This document shows positions 45,578 through 54,731 of a stretch of 64,000 nucleotides of DNA, piece after piece (position 1 is the stretch's first letter; each line of letters starts with the position of its first letter). This stretch comes from Nitrospira sp. Its GTDB lineage: Bacteria > Nitrospirota > Nitrospiria > Nitrospirales > Nitrospiraceae. The stretch lies in assembly GCA_037445435.1 (NCBI GenBank), contig JBBIKN010000005.1:7420-71419 (forward strand), in the 5' to 3' direction. The notes beneath the pieces were generated by a model that saw nothing but the letters and a program-made list of their open reading frames with translations, had not been told where the DNA came from and ran no database searches. The position numbers were made by a program, and so were the translations under genes.

Positions 45578-47068
45578 TCAATATCGTGTCATCCAGGTAC
45601 CTGGTGCGCGATAGACCACGGGCAATCCGCGATAGAAGCCTTGGCCGAGATCATGGTCATACCAGACCTCCAACCCACTTCCTGAACCAGCCGAAGTGAT
45701 TGTTCCACCTGCGGCCACAGCTCCATATAACCTGACTCTTCCAGAGATCGTAATATCTCCACTTGCGTGGAGCACCCCGTTGAAATGTACGCCGGTCAGT
45801 TGAATGGGTGTCCGAGTGACATCATTACTCTGATCTATTTGTGGAGGACTAAGTGCTTGTATACGCTGTCCTGACCCGCTGGGGGCAAGTACAACGTGGC
45901 CTTGCACGACCGCCATACCTTCAAAGTACGGAGCGTGCAGCCTGACAACTCCGAGATTGTCTAGGCGGGGAGCCGTTTGATCGAGGGTGTCAATGAAGAT
46001 CAAACCATGCTGATTGCCGGGTTCGCGTGACTGAAATACCTCGTCTGGGGAAATACCGCGTCCTGGTTCTACAACACCTTGAGGATACAGAAGACCTTCT
46101 CGATCAATCGCAAAGTAACGTCCGAATCTCTTTGCCACTCGCTTTATGTGTTCATAAGTCCACTGATCGAGGCGAACACCCGGGATCGGATTCTGGCCCA
46201 TGTGAAGATTATGTGGAAAACTTGGAGCCTGTCCCGAAGGGGGTTGTGTCATCTGAACCGTTCCGCCTATCCACGCCTCCATCCATCGATCTTCTCGTGG
46301 CGTCATGTCGTCATAGGCCTGCCCTGTTATTGGTGCAAGCACACTCTTTAAAGGGATCTCATCAGTCTGGGTGAGAACCAAGTCACCTCCCACCTTTAGC
46401 TCGCCCCAATGCACGGCAACCGGTGATTCGCTCCCTGGCTGAAACCGGCCGAGATGCTGGCCCACTTGCACGGCGGCTCTCAGCGGCGGCAGGTCCAACG
46501 CGCCCAGCTGCATGAGTATCGATTGCCTGACCGGGGTAGGGGTATTGATGTTGGTAACTACAGTGGTGTCGATTGTGCACAGAAGACCCGGCTTGGAAGG
46601 CGCGTAGACTTTAAGCTCTTCCACTTTTCCTAGATGTGCCATCGCGCGAAACATCCCTGTTTCCGGATCATTCAACAGTCCATTATCCAAGGGATTGTCT
46701 GCCTGTAACCGTACATCAGGCTGATCTGCCGTACCGACGAATTGGGAATGACCGGACGCATGAAAAAATGAAGGCGCTCCTTCCTTGTCATGATTTCTTT
46801 TCTCACGGAGAGGCGTGAGCTTGGGGACGCTTGCAGTTGTCCCGGGACTGTGAAACCAGGCCACCACCAATTCACTCGCCGCATCAGCCAGTTGCTGGGC
46901 GACTGCCGACTGGCCTGCCAGCCCAGCACTTGCGGCCTCTTGTCCGGCAAGGTTGAGAATCGTCGCGCCTAGCATCGAGAGAATGAGCGCAATCACCATA
47001 GCTCCGAAGAGCGCAATGCCCTGCTGACCATCTTGGACTTTGAAATCCGACATGTCTTGACTCCTCAT
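45578..47068 (-). CDS. large PilX_N/GspK-like pseudopilin-family protein
   Basis: 496-aa ORF. N-terminus QQGIALFGAMVIALILSMLGATILNLAG is PilX_N-type. 4-nt overlap with the upstream pilW-like gene. Confidence 0.6.
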   Translation of the reverse strand: MRSQDMSDFKVQDGQQGIALFGAMVIALILSMLGATILNLAGQEAASAGLAGQSAVAQQLADAASELVVAWFHSPGTTASVPKLTPLREKRNHDKEGAPSFFHASGHSQFVGTADQPDVRLQADNPLDNGLLNDPETGMFRAMAHLGKVEELKVYAPSKPGLLCTIDTTVVTNINTPTPVRQSILMQLGALDLPPLRAAVQVGQHLGRFQPGSESPVAVHWGELKVGGDLVLTQTDEIPLKSVLAPITGQAYDDMTPREDRWMEAWIGGTVQMTQPPSGQAPSFPHNLHMGQNPIPGVRLDQWTYEHIKRVAKRFGRYFAIDREGLLYPQGVVEPGRGISPDEVFQSREPGNQHGLIFIDTLDQTAPRLDNLGVVRLHAPYFEGMAVVQGHVVLAPSGSGQRIQALSPPQIDQSNDVTRTPIQLTGVHFNGVLHASGDITISGRVRLYGAVAAGGTITSAGSGSGLEVWYDHDLGQGFYRGLPVVYRAPGTWMTRY

Positions 47069-47823
47069 GATCGAAGGCTTACCTCTCGCATCATTCGATG
47101 CAGGGAATGATTCGACTCGATTTCGAGCATGACTCGCTTCACGAACAAAGGATGCCGCGTGATGTGGCCCTGCTCATCCCAATACGAAAAATGTAAATTG
47201 TCCAGGTCACCGATGAGAGTATTCGCTCCTCCATCAACCATCCGCATAAGCTTCATCGTTCCGTTTTCGTCTCGCTTGATGTAATAGGCCACCCGATTAT
47301 TCACTTCCACAGAGGCACCCGCGGGAAACGACAAGGCGACCGGCTCAGTCAAGGTCAATTGATACTGTTGTCCCGAACGAGACAGTCGATGCGTTTCGCA
47401 GGCCTGAGATCCACAAATGATGACGGTCTTTCCCTCGCCCCATCCGCCGCCATCTTGTACTGCAATGACCGATTGGCCCGGGACAACCGCACCAGTGGTC
47501 ACCGTTCGGTGGGCACTGATATTGGCATGAAACCGAAATTCATCCGGAGTTGCAGAAATGATTGAATCGGATATAGCCAATCGAACTTCTTGCTCGAAGA
47601 CCTCCAACCCCAGTCGGAGATCTTGCTGATGTGTCAAATCACGTTGCTGTTTGCTGACATGGGTCTGCGCGAGATTCAGTGCATTCAACGCTGCCGCTAA
47701 GACGATCACGCCGACCGTCAAACTGATCATCAATTCGGTCAAACACACACCGCGGGTGTCGAACACAATGCTCACGATACGTCTGTCGTACTTGTCGGAG
47801 CTGATGGCATCCCCTTGGTTCAT
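47065..47823 (-). CDS. PilW/GspJ-like minor pilin (second set)
   Basis: Prepilin-like RGVCLTELMISLTVGVIVLAAA. ATGA-type overlaps on both sides. Confidence 0.65.
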   Translation of the reverse strand: MNQGDAISSDKYDRRIVSIVFDTRGVCLTELMISLTVGVIVLAAALNALNLAQTHVSKQQRDLTHQQDLRLGLEVFEQEVRLAISDSIISATPDEFRFHANISAHRTVTTGAVVPGQSVIAVQDGGGWGEGKTVIICGSQACETHRLSRSGQQYQLTLTEPVALSFPAGASVEVNNRVAYYIKRDENGTMKLMRMVDGGANTLIGDLDNLHFSYWDEQGHITRHPLFVKRVMLEIESNHSLHRMMREVSLRS

Positions 47824-48305
47824 CGTGGCCCCACAAAGTTTGGATTGGCTCGGATGGTTGCCGCCTGCGCTTCCCTCTTCTGCCCGTTGAGTCCTGGATA
47901 AGACGCGACGGCTCGAATGGTCACCATGGCAGTGGAATGCAGCGGTCCTGGACGTTCTGCCTCAATCATCCACACAATTGTCATTCCGTCACGCTCATAC
48001 ATAGCCGTATAGATCCCATCACCTGCCGTTCTGTCTGATCCTTGGCCGTCGTCGGTCATGAGCGTTTCTGGAACGCCATCGTGATCGAGATCATCTTCCA
48101 AAAGAGACTGCCACCGAACGGAACGCTTTGCTTCTAATCTTGACTGAACCAACTCGATCGCCTTACTGTTCAGGCCGCCCTGTTGTACATGCTTGGACGA
48201 AATCTCCACTGCGCCAAGAGTACCCATCAGTGCAACCCCTGCGATCACCATGGCCACCATCACCTCGACCAGACTGAAACCTTCGTTCTTCATCGTTCGT
48301 CTCAT
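47820..48305 (-). CDS. PilV/GspI-like minor pilin (second set)
   Basis: Prepilin motif NEGFSLVEVMVAMVIAGVALMG. Confidence 0.75.
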   Translation of the reverse strand: MRRTMKNEGFSLVEVMVAMVIAGVALMGTLGAVEISSKHVQQGGLNSKAIELVQSRLEAKRSVRWQSLLEDDLDHDGVPETLMTDDGQGSDRTAGDGIYTAMYERDGMTIVWMIEAERPGPLHSTAMVTIRAVASYPGLNGQKREAQAATIRANPNFVGPR

Positions 48306-48733
48306 AGCAGCGATACCCGACCCGTGATGCTCACGGTGAGCTTCTGAGTTTGTCCTTCCAAGCTGTGAAGTTGGATTGTGGTGGCACTGGCAGAGCGTCC
48401 GCTTGGATGGAAGACAATCTCCGGCCCTGCGCTTGGCTCTTCAATGACGATTCCTTTTCCTCCATAGTGATACGCATGATGCGTGGTTGCCGTGTTGACG
48501 AACTGAGTGGTAAGCGCCTGCTGTTCCAGGTCGATGACGATTCGGACTCGATCTCGATGAGTCATCGCAAGCTGCCGTGCAAGGCGCAGTTCCGAAGCGA
48601 TTTCTTCGGTCACACAACGGACCTGCGTGCGTGAATTGAGAACTGAGTAACTGGGAACGGCCAGCATGGCGACCATCCCTATGATTGCCGCGACCACCAT
48701 GAGATTCGTCAATGTTTTGCCTTCTTGCTCCAT
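48302..48733 (-). CDS. GspH/FimT-like minor pilin with non-canonical leader (second set)
   Basis: N-terminus MEQEGKTLTNLMVVAAIIGMVAMLAVPSY has the pilin hydrophobic helix, but Lys at +1 and Asn at +5 replace the usual Phe and Glu. Confidence 0.6.
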   Translation of the reverse strand: MEQEGKTLTNLMVVAAIIGMVAMLAVPSYSVLNSRTQVRCVTEEIASELRLARQLAMTHRDRVRIVIDLEQQALTTQFVNTATTHHAYHYGGKGIVIEEPSAGPEIVFHPSGRSASATTIQLHSLEGQTQKLTVSITGRVSLL

Positions 48734-49016
48734 ACTCCCCTCACTATGCCGCGATTGATTAGGTAGTCCGACGCTATGTCAAGACTCATGCCATTCATAG
48801 TTGAAGCGCTCATGGATTGCTTCCTTACACAGCACGGGCTCGCTCCAGACCCTAAGCTATTGAATGAATGGATCTAAACGAGAACGCCTCGGAAGACCTG
48901 GAAGACGTGGTGCATGCAAGGAGAGAAGACGGTAGAGAGGAGTAGTACCTCCTGAGATACAGTATCTTTACAGAAGAGATACAGTACGAAAGGGTGGAAA
49001 TCGGCCAGCAGAGCCG

Positions 49017-49802
49017 TTATCCTGCCAAGATGCCTTGATACCAATCAAGGATAGATTGGCCAAAGAATAGTGCCACCAGCGCACCGCAAACTAGAAACGG
49101 CCCGAAGGGAATGTAATCTTCGCGTTTGATCACCTGTGCTGCAATAAGGGTCACCCCCACAAGTGACCCCAGGAACGACCCTACCATGATCGTCATCAGG
49201 GCCGGCTTCCACCCCAAAAATGCCCCTATCATTGCCAGAAGTTTGATGTCTCCTCCCCCCATCCCTTCTTTCCCAAAAACATAGGGGCTGGCCCACGCTA
49301 GAAGCCACAGGATTCCTCCACCGATGAGAACTCCGAGTAAGCTACCCATGAATCCAAGGGGTAGGATGGTGGCGGCAGAAACGAGGCCCACAATAATCCC
49401 GGGAAACGTCACGGCATTTGGGATGATCTTATGAGAAAGGTCTGTCCCGGCTACCACGAGGAGGGCTGAGTAGAGCAGCCCGTACACCACAGTCACCCAG
49501 CTCGGGCCGAAGAACCAGAGAAGCCCTACATAACCTAAGGCATTCAGGATCTCAACCAAGGGATAGCGGAAGGAAATGGCCACGGCGCAGTGGCGGCACC
49601 GTCCAGCCAACGCGAAATAGCTCAAGATGGGGATGTTATCATACCAGGAAATGAAGTGAGTACAGGTGGGACAATGAGAGCCTGGCCATGCGATCGATTC
49701 TCGCCGTGGCAGGCGGTAGATACAGACGTTGAGAAAGCTCCCGATGAGCGCCCCGAAAATGCCAACGAGCAGTAGCGATAGCAGTATGTGCCCCTCATGC
49801 AT
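49017..49802 (-). CDS. pilD: prepilin peptidase / N-methyltransferase PilD (A24 family)
   Basis: Cys cluster CPTC...CRHC and the second active-site block GMGGGDIKLLAMIGAFLG. Polytopic membrane protein. Confidence 0.88.
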   Translation of the reverse strand: MHEGHILLSLLLVGIFGALIGSFLNVCIYRLPRRESIAWPGSHCPTCTHFISWYDNIPILSYFALAGRCRHCAVAISFRYPLVEILNALGYVGLLWFFGPSWVTVVYGLLYSALLVVAGTDLSHKIIPNAVTFPGIIVGLVSAATILPLGFMGSLLGVLIGGGILWLLAWASPYVFGKEGMGGGDIKLLAMIGAFLGWKPALMTIMVGSFLGSLVGVTLIAAQVIKREDYIPFGPFLVCGALVALFFGQSILDWYQGILAG

Positions 49803-49972
49803 AATTGCCCAGAGTCCTTTCCCTACCTAGCAACCCTACTAGGGCCGAAGTGCCTTTCTTTACATTCTTGTATGACCATTCCATAATCACTGTATTGTGT
49901 GGGGTGTGATGCATCCTTGAGTCTATAAAGTATACCTGATGTACGTACCTACTAAATGGAGAGCTAACTACT

Positions 49973-50251
49973 ATGGCGAAGACAACGGTAAAGGCACGGC
50001 CTCGGAAATCTCTTACCGATCTTGAACCTCCTCCGCGCACAAAACGGCCTGAATCGCTCACATCACGCGAACAGGAAATTTTGGAATTGATATGGGCGGG
50101 GTTTAAGAACAAAGAAATTGGTCAACGGCTGAAGATCAGTGTCAAGACCGTCGAAGCACACCGCGCCAATATGATGAAGAAAATGCGGGTGTCGAATACG
50201 GCTCAACTGCTCAAAACCGCCATTCAGGGCGGCGTGCTCAGAATCCGGTAA
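49973..50251 (+). CDS. LuxR-family helix-turn-helix protein (HTH domain only)
   Basis: LTSREQEILELIWAGFKNKEIGQRLKISVKTVEAHRANMMKKM. Confidence 0.8.
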   Translation: MAKTTVKARPRKSLTDLEPPPRTKRPESLTSREQEILELIWAGFKNKEIGQRLKISVKTVEAHRANMMKKMRVSNTAQLLKTAIQGGVLRIR

Positions 50252-51011
50252 CGGCCGCCCTCTGGATGGGACAGCGTTGACGCACCGCCTCAAACAGGAC
50301 GATGGCCGCCGCAGCGGAGACATTCAACGATTGAACCTGTCCTCGAAGGGGAATGCGGACACATGCATCGCAATGTAGCAGGACGCCGGGTCTGATTCCC
50401 GTTCCCTCTCCTCCCAACACGAGCCCAACCGGTTCTCTCAGATCGATCTCCGTAAAGAGCTTATTCGCAGACGGCGTCACCCCGTAGATCCACACTCCTG
50501 CCGCCTTCAACGACTCAATCGACCGACTCATGTTGGTGACGCGCGCAACGGGAATATGATCGATCGCTCCGGCGGAAGCTTTAGCCACTACTGACGTAAG
50601 TCCGACCGCCCGCCGTTCGGGGATAAGCACTCCGTGGGCACCCGCACCCTCCGCCGTGCGAAGCACGGCGCCGAGATTGTGTGGATCTTCGACACCGTCG
50701 AGGATGACCAACAGCGGCGCCTCATGCCGTTGGGCCGCCCGTGCGAGAATCGACTCTTCCGTCTGATAGGCTTTGGCTGCGGTAAAGGCGACGACACCTT
50801 GGTGCTTGCCGTTGGGAACGAGACGGTCCAAGGAGCTCAGTGGCTGAACATGAATCGGAACACGGCGAGATCGCGCCAATTGCACCAGATCCGTGAATTG
50901 TTTGTCCGTTCGGAGCACCAGCACACGGTGTAATGGCCTATTGCCGGCCTTCAGCGCTTCACGTACGGCATGGAGACCATAGAGCATCTCTTGATGCATT
51001 AGCGCTTCCAA
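50238..51011 (-). CDS. rlmB: 23S rRNA (guanosine-2'-O)-methyltransferase, SpoU/TrmH family (RlmB-like)
   Basis: N-terminal SpoU_sub_bind-like region (LYGLHAVREAL) and SpoU motifs (LDGVEDPHNLGAVLRTA, LVLGGEGTGIR, IPLRGQVQSLNVSAAAAI). Confidence 0.8.
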   Translation of the reverse strand: MEALMHQEMLYGLHAVREALKAGNRPLHRVLVLRTDKQFTDLVQLARSRRVPIHVQPLSSLDRLVPNGKHQGVVAFTAAKAYQTEESILARAAQRHEAPLLVILDGVEDPHNLGAVLRTAEGAGAHGVLIPERRAVGLTSVVAKASAGAIDHIPVARVTNMSRSIESLKAAGVWIYGVTPSANKLFTEIDLREPVGLVLGGEGTGIRPGVLLHCDACVRIPLRGQVQSLNVSAAAAIVLFEAVRQRCPIQRAAVTGF

Positions 51012-52465
51012 CGGGTTGTGCCATCGGGCTTGTCCTCGATGATGATTCCTTGAGTCGCGAGCGACTTACGGATTTCATCTGCTCGTCTAAAGTCTTTTCG
51101 ACGGCGAGCTTCTCTGCGCTCTGTCAACATCCTCTCAATGTCCGTCTCATTGAGAACCGATCTGACAGTCGTGGTTTCGTCAGTGTTGACTGAGAAAGCT
51201 TCTGATACAGCACTACCGAACTGCCACTTGTCCAACTGAAGGAGTCCCAATGCACTCCCTACCGAGCGAAATTCATCTCTGGCTACCTTTCGGGCTTTGA
51301 TTGAAAGCCCACGATCGAGGAGTTTGTTGGTGTCGCTCCGTAGCTTCTGCAATTCAGCAATCGCCGCCGGAGTATTGATGTCATCATCCATTGCTGCCGT
51401 GAAAGCTCCTCTGAATCGACCTATCCTCAAATCCAGCTCCTGATCGGCAGCCGAATTCCCATCGGTCTCGCCTAAGCGCCCAAAAAGATCATAGAAGGCA
51501 TTCAAGGCGTTCTTGGCTTCTTTTAAGGCCTGGTCTGAGAAATCAAGAGGGCTATGGTAGTGCGTGGATAAGAGGAAGTATCGAAGGATTTCGCCCGTGA
51601 CTTCCTCCGACCATTCTGACTTCTCGAAAATCTCCCGGATCGTGAAAAAGTTCCCAAGAGACTTGGACATTTTCCCTTTGTTGATCTCGACGAACCCGTT
51701 GTGGATCCAATAGCGCGCAAATTCTTTTTCCGTCGCTCCACATGATTGAGCTATTTCGTTCTCATGGTGTGGAAAAATCAGATCCATTCCACCGCCATGG
51801 ATGTCGAACGTTTCACCGAGGTGCCGGATCGACATGGCGGAACATTCAATATGCCAGCCAGGACGACCGGGACCCCAGGGACTCGGCCACGACGGTTCGC
51901 CAGGCTTGCTGCTTTTCCAGAGTGCAAAATCCATGGGATGCCGTTTCCGCTCATCGACTTCGACACGCGCCCCCGCCTGAAGATCTTCAAGCTTGCGTTT
52001 GGAGAGCCGCCCATAGTCAGGATACTTCGACACGTCGAAATACACGTCACCATCAACTATGTAGGCCAAACTTTTCTTGATTAAAACCCCAGTCAGCTCG
52101 ATGATGTCGGTCATGTGCTCGGTGGCTTTGGGTTCGACCGACGCAGGACGAATGCCGAGCTTTCCCATGTCATCATAGTAGGCCTGGATGAACTTCTGTG
52201 TAATAGCCTCACAACCCACACCCTGCTCATTCGCCCGCTTGATGATCTTATCGTCCACATCGGTGAAGTTTTTCACGAATGTCACGTGATAACCGCTGAA
52301 CTCCAAATACCGCCGGAGTACATCGAAGACCAGCGCGCTCCGCGCATGGCCGATGTGGCAATAGTCGTAAACCGTCACGCCGCAGACATACATCTTCACG
52401 TTCTGCGGCACGAGAGGTTCAAAGATCTCCTTCTTCCCCGTGAGTGTATTGTAGATCTTAAGCAT
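50999..52465 (-). CDS. cysS: cysteine--tRNA ligase
   Basis: HIGH (CHIGHARS) and KMSKS motifs. Start at MLKIYNTLTG (ATG 52465). Confidence 0.93.
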   Translation of the reverse strand: MLKIYNTLTGKKEIFEPLVPQNVKMYVCGVTVYDYCHIGHARSALVFDVLRRYLEFSGYHVTFVKNFTDVDDKIIKRANEQGVGCEAITQKFIQAYYDDMGKLGIRPASVEPKATEHMTDIIELTGVLIKKSLAYIVDGDVYFDVSKYPDYGRLSKRKLEDLQAGARVEVDERKRHPMDFALWKSSKPGEPSWPSPWGPGRPGWHIECSAMSIRHLGETFDIHGGGMDLIFPHHENEIAQSCGATEKEFARYWIHNGFVEINKGKMSKSLGNFFTIREIFEKSEWSEEVTGEILRYFLLSTHYHSPLDFSDQALKEAKNALNAFYDLFGRLGETDGNSAADQELDLRIGRFRGAFTAAMDDDINTPAAIAELQKLRSDTNKLLDRGLSIKARKVARDEFRSVGSALGLLQLDKWQFGSAVSEAFSVNTDETTTVRSVLNETDIERMLTERREARRRKDFRRADEIRKSLATQGIIIEDKPDGTTRWKR

Positions 52466-52476
52466 GAAACGGCCCT

Positions 52477-53115
52477 CTATTGGAGCGTGGGACGCCGCCT
52501 TGGCCAATGCGACCAAAGGAAATAGCCAAGGGCACACGCAAGAAAAAGACCGATGACGATGTCAAACTGATGAAAGTAATCCCGAAGATGTTCCCACTGC
52601 TCGCCCATACGAAGGCCGATATAGGCCAACAGATAGCACCAGGGCAGCGCGCCGACGAAGGTGAAGACGACGAACCTCGGGAAATTCATCTGTGCAATGC
52701 CGGCCGGGAGCGAAATGAACGTGCGTACGACCGGCAGCATTCTGCTGAAGAAGACCGCAGCTTCGCCATATTTTGCGAACCATCGATCGGCGATATCGAG
52801 ATCGTGGTGGGATACTAAAAAATACGGACCGTAGCGTTCCGCAAATGGTCGTCCTCCCCAGACGCCTGCGTAGTAGGCGACAATTGACCCCAGAACATTG
52901 CCGACCGCACCCGCGAGGGTCACCCCCAGCATGGTGAACTCTCCCGTGGTCACCAAATAGCCGGAAAAGGGCATGATAATTTCGCTTGGGAGGGGGATAC
53001 AGGCACTCTCCACCGCCATCGTGAAGAGGATCCCCCCATAGCCGAATCTTGAGATACAGCCGATAATGAATCGACTTAACTCGCTGATGATCGCTTCGAT
53101 CAGTCCACCCATCAT
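52477..53115 (-). CDS. DedA-family membrane protein
   Basis: 212-aa ORF with DedA/SNARE-associated pattern (FTMAVESACIPLPSEIIMPFSGYL...FFSRMLPVVRTFISLPAG). Confidence 0.8.
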   Translation of the reverse strand: MMGGLIEAIISELSRFIIGCISRFGYGGILFTMAVESACIPLPSEIIMPFSGYLVTTGEFTMLGVTLAGAVGNVLGSIVAYYAGVWGGRPFAERYGPYFLVSHHDLDIADRWFAKYGEAAVFFSRMLPVVRTFISLPAGIAQMNFPRFVVFTFVGALPWCYLLAYIGLRMGEQWEHLRDYFHQFDIVIGLFLACALGYFLWSHWPRRRPTLQ

Positions 53116-53119
53116 GTCT

Positions 53120-53923
53120 CTAGCTGTCCTGTGCGGTAATCACTGACCGAGCAGTTGAAGACTTCCTGGCAGCACGGTTTATGATCGGTTCCCACGCGCG
53201 GAACTGATCCAGCACGCCGTGGTGAGTACTATCCAGACGGACCGGCGTGATGGAGACATACCCTTCTTCGATCGCCTCGTGATCGGCGTCCTTGCTACGA
53301 CTCCACGAAATCCGTTCGCCCGCGATCCAATAATATTTCCGTCCGTGCGGATCAACCTTCTCGATGATCGGATTATGAAACCGTCTTCGGCTCAAGCAGG
53401 TAACCCGTACCCCCTTGATTTCATGACGCGGACGGTTCGGGATATTGACGTTCAAGAGCGTCTCCTCGGGCAGACCCTGGGCAAGAGTAAGCCGAGCCAC
53501 CCGTACGGCATAGATCGCACCGACGTCAAAGCGAAATTTGTCCAATCCTTCTTGGGACACTGCCACGGACGGGACCCCAAGGATGGTCCCTTCCATCGCG
53601 GCCGATACGGTGCCTGAATACATGACATCATCGCCGAGATTAACTCCTTTATTGATGCCGGACACGACGAGGGCCGGAGGTTTGGGCATCACTTTAAGCA
53701 GCGCGAGATTGACACAATCCACCGGGGTTCCATTCACGGCGTACGTACGTGGTCGCAGTTGATGAATACGCAATGGCTTATGCAATGTCACGGCGTGGGC
53801 GACCGCCGTGCGCTCTCGATCCGGGGCGACAATCCAGACTTCACCGATCGCAGCAAGCGCCTTCGCTAACGCAGCGATGCCTGGTGAGTGGATACCATCG
53901 TCGTTGGTCACGAGGATGCGCAT
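53120..53923 (-). CDS. surE: 5'/3'-nucleotidase SurE
   Basis: MRILVTNDDGIHSPGI N-terminus and GINKGVNLG block. Confidence 0.92.
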   Translation of the reverse strand: MRILVTNDDGIHSPGIAALAKALAAIGEVWIVAPDRERTAVAHAVTLHKPLRIHQLRPRTYAVNGTPVDCVNLALLKVMPKPPALVVSGINKGVNLGDDVMYSGTVSAAMEGTILGVPSVAVSQEGLDKFRFDVGAIYAVRVARLTLAQGLPEETLLNVNIPNRPRHEIKGVRVTCLSRRRFHNPIIEKVDPHGRKYYWIAGERISWSRSKDADHEAIEEGYVSITPVRLDSTHHGVLDQFRAWEPIINRAARKSSTARSVITAQDS

Positions 53924-53935
53924 AGGTGGCGTTCA

Positions 53936-53962
53936 ATAAAAAAGAGCTGCGCAAGGCAGCTC
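53936..53962 (-). terminator. rho-independent terminator downstream of tRNA-Pro
   Basis: Minus strand GAGCTGC-CTTGC-GCAGCTC followed by TTTTTT (A-run 53938-53943 on the plus strand). Confidence 0.7.
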
Positions 53963-54026
53963 CCGGAATCAAGACCGAGCCGGTGGACACAGCCGCTCAG
54001 TTCTCAGCCTTCATCACTCAGAAGAT

Positions 54027-54103
54027 TGGTCGGGGCGGCGGGATTTGAACCCACGACCACTCGCACCCCAAGCGAGTGCGCTACCGGGCTGCGCTACGCC
54101 CCG
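54027..54103 (-). tRNA. tRNA-Pro (anticodon GGG)
   Basis: Minus strand CGGGGCGTAGCGCAGCCCGGTAGCGCACTCGCTTGGGGTGCGAGTGGTCGTGGGTTCAAATCCCGCCGCCCCGACCA. It folds as a cloverleaf with a 7-bp acceptor stem, anticodon loop UUGGGGU, GTTCAAATC T-loop and an encoded CCA. Confidence 0.92.
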
Positions 54104-54178
54104 ACACATTCTTTGCTCCGCAGGTGCCTATCTTAACCTATGAGCAGGGGGACTGTCTTGCGTGAAACTGCCCTTCTC

Positions 54179-54541
54179 TCATGAGGAATGCGAGTCGATA
54201 ATCTTGAGTATTACTTGGAGATCACCTCTCAGCTTTTTGGCGATCTCTTTCGGGCGCAGCCGACGCGACGCAGCCCGCCCCCGACGCACCCAATATCGCT
54301 TCACGCCTTCAAGGGTATGTCCTTCCTCGTAGAGCATGCGCTTGATTTCCAGCACGGTTTCGACATCGCGTTGAACATAGAGGCGTTGATTCCCTCGACT
54401 TTTCTTGGGTTTCAAAAACGTGAATTGAGATTCCCAGAAACGAAGTACATAGGCGGGAAGCTTCGTCAATTGACTCACTTCGCCGATTTTATAGAAAACC
54501 TTGCTCCCCAGCCTGGGTTCAGTTCCCATGACCGGCCTCAC
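54179..54541 (-). CDS. MerR-family transcriptional regulator
   Basis: FYKIGEVSQLTKLPAYVLRFWESQF...QRLYVQRDVETVLEIKRMLYEEGHTLEGV. Typical ihfA-merR-tRNA-Pro arrangement. Confidence 0.85.
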   Translation of the reverse strand: MRPVMGTEPRLGSKVFYKIGEVSQLTKLPAYVLRFWESQFTFLKPKKSRGNQRLYVQRDVETVLEIKRMLYEEGHTLEGVKRYWVRRGRAASRRLRPKEIAKKLRGDLQVILKIIDSHSS

Positions 54542-54602
54542 GGTATACCTTTTGTGGTTTATCGACGGAGCCGAGCCGGTTGTTGACCTGACTGCTTTTG
54601 TT

Positions 54603-54731
54603 TAGCAGGATGATCAAAAAGACCGCCGGCAAGGCCGCAGCGAGCGAGAAGCCGAGTCGTACAGTATGCCGTACGGTGAGGCTTTGAGCGATGCGAGAAC
54701 GACGCGGGCGGTTTTTTTCAGCATCCTGCTA
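54603..54731 (-). mobile_element. MITE/REP-like repeat element, compact 129-bp copy
   Basis: TIRs TAGCAGGATGATCAAAAA (54603-54620) and TTTTTTTCAGCATCCTGCTA (54712-54731). Interior blocks match the 6028-6393 element in opposite orientation. The right-hand TIR supplies the ihfA stop codon. Confidence 0.7.
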
